Under the pieces are notes generated by a model. That model saw only the letters and a list, made by a program, of their open reading frames with translations, had not been told where the DNA came from and did not search any database. The translations under genes were made by a program, and so were the position numbers. Below, piece by piece: positions 63,154-64,000 of a DNA stretch of 64,000 nt; position 1 is the first letter of the stretch, and the number at the start of each line of letters is the position of its first letter. The DNA comes from Thainema sp. GTDB taxonomy: Bacteria > Cyanobacteriota > Cyanobacteriia > Phormidesmidales > Phormidesmidaceae. The stretch covers positions 32,001-96,000 of the forward strand of contig JBQLZK010000001.1 in NCBI GenBank assembly GCA_052168235.1, written 5' to 3'.

Positions 63154-63999
63154 TTAACGTGGCTGACGACTGAGCAGATCAATAATCGCCGCATAATCTT
63201 TATCAGGATGATGTCCTTCGGCTTGTCCGCGTCGCGCGTAGTCGAGGGCATCATCAAACTCGTCATCGTGAGTCCGCTGAAAGGGATTGGCCCCAGCACT
63301 AAGCAATCGCTCTACGATATCCAGATCGCCTCTATAGGCTGCTTCTGCAATTGGCGTAAACCCAGTTCGCCATCCCAGGTTGACATCTGCACCGGCCTGA
63401 ATCAAACGATCAACAACAGCTACATTCCCGCAACCTGCTGCCGCAACCAAGGCACTGCCATCGCTGTAATTCAGGTTTGCACCTGCTTGCAATAGTTCTT
63501 CTACTTTTGCCAGATTACCGTGACTGGCGGCCTCAACCAAGGCCACATCATTGAGACCCTCTTCAGATGCACCTGCCTGACGAAGTAACTGTTGGACAGC
63601 CCAAGTCCCCATCATCAAGGCTGTATTGCCTTCATTATCTCGCAGATTAACATCCGTACCCGCATCAATCAGTGCTTTGACGGCATCGACGTTTTCTCCT
63701 GCAATGATCAGCGCAGTTTGGCCCTTATCATTTTGGGCATTCACATCGGCTCCATGCTCAACCAGCAGCCGAATCACTGCAGCTCGGTTAGAAGCAAAGA
63801 AACTGCTGGCAATATACATCAAGGCCGTTTGGCCTTCATCAAACTCTTCATCACCACGCAAGTTTGGATCGGCTCCAGCATCCAGAAGTGTAGTCATCAC
63901 CTCTTTGTGGCCGTACATCGCGGCCAGCATCAGCGGACTTTTACCGGATTTGGTAATGACATTGGGATCGGCTCCGTCTGCCAGCAGTTGCTGCACCTT
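63154..63999 (-). CDS. Ankyrin-repeat protein, 5' end outside the window
   Basis: Repeated 'G.TALM.AA..G....V..LL.AGADVN' units; frame is open to the window edge. Confidence 0.9.
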   Translation of the reverse strand, partial: KVQQLLADGADPNVITKSGKSPLMLAAMYGHKEVMTTLLDAGADPNLRGDEEFDEGQTALMYIASSFFASNRAAVIRLLVEHGADVNAQNDKGQTALIIAGENVDAVKALIDAGTDVNLRDNEGNTALMMGTWAVQQLLRQAGASEEGLNDVALVEAASHGNLAKVEELLQAGANLNYSDGSALVAAAGCGNVAVVDRLIQAGADVNLGWRTGFTPIAEAAYRGDLDIVERLLSAGANPFQRTHDDEFDDALDYARRGQAEGHHPDKDYAAIIDLLSRQPR

Positions 64000-64000
64000 G

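Overview
Chromosomal window from a cyanobacterium: it carries psbD-psbC, ycf4, rpaA, a cruP-type gene and very dense HIP1 (GCGATCGC) sites. A filamentous lineage is plausible but is only an inference. Most of the window is housekeeping (GT2, hetF, queC, fabF-like, cyclophilin, lpxA-like, UPF0182, prfC, LD-carboxypeptidase, two tRNA-Asn, gnd, Ctp protease). Interspersed are signalling genes: two histidine kinases, two GGDEF-EAL proteins and one nucleotide cyclase. No CRISPR array, prophage or transposase gene is visible, but there are several MITE-like palindromic repeats. Best leads: (1) a glutaminase-fold domain with most catalytic and substrate-binding residues substituted, fused through a HAMP-like linker to a class III nucleotide cyclase, a candidate pseudo-enzyme metabolite sensor; (2) an orphan Tat-lipoprotein solute-binding protein translationally coupled to a membrane histidine kinase, next to a c-di-GMP enzyme; (3) a two-domain multicopper oxidase plus an acidic His/Glu lipoprotein with a Fur-box-like site; (4) a 51-aa pirA gene missed by the ORF track, with a perfect NtcA box. 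All family assignments come from motif recognition by eye, not database searches.
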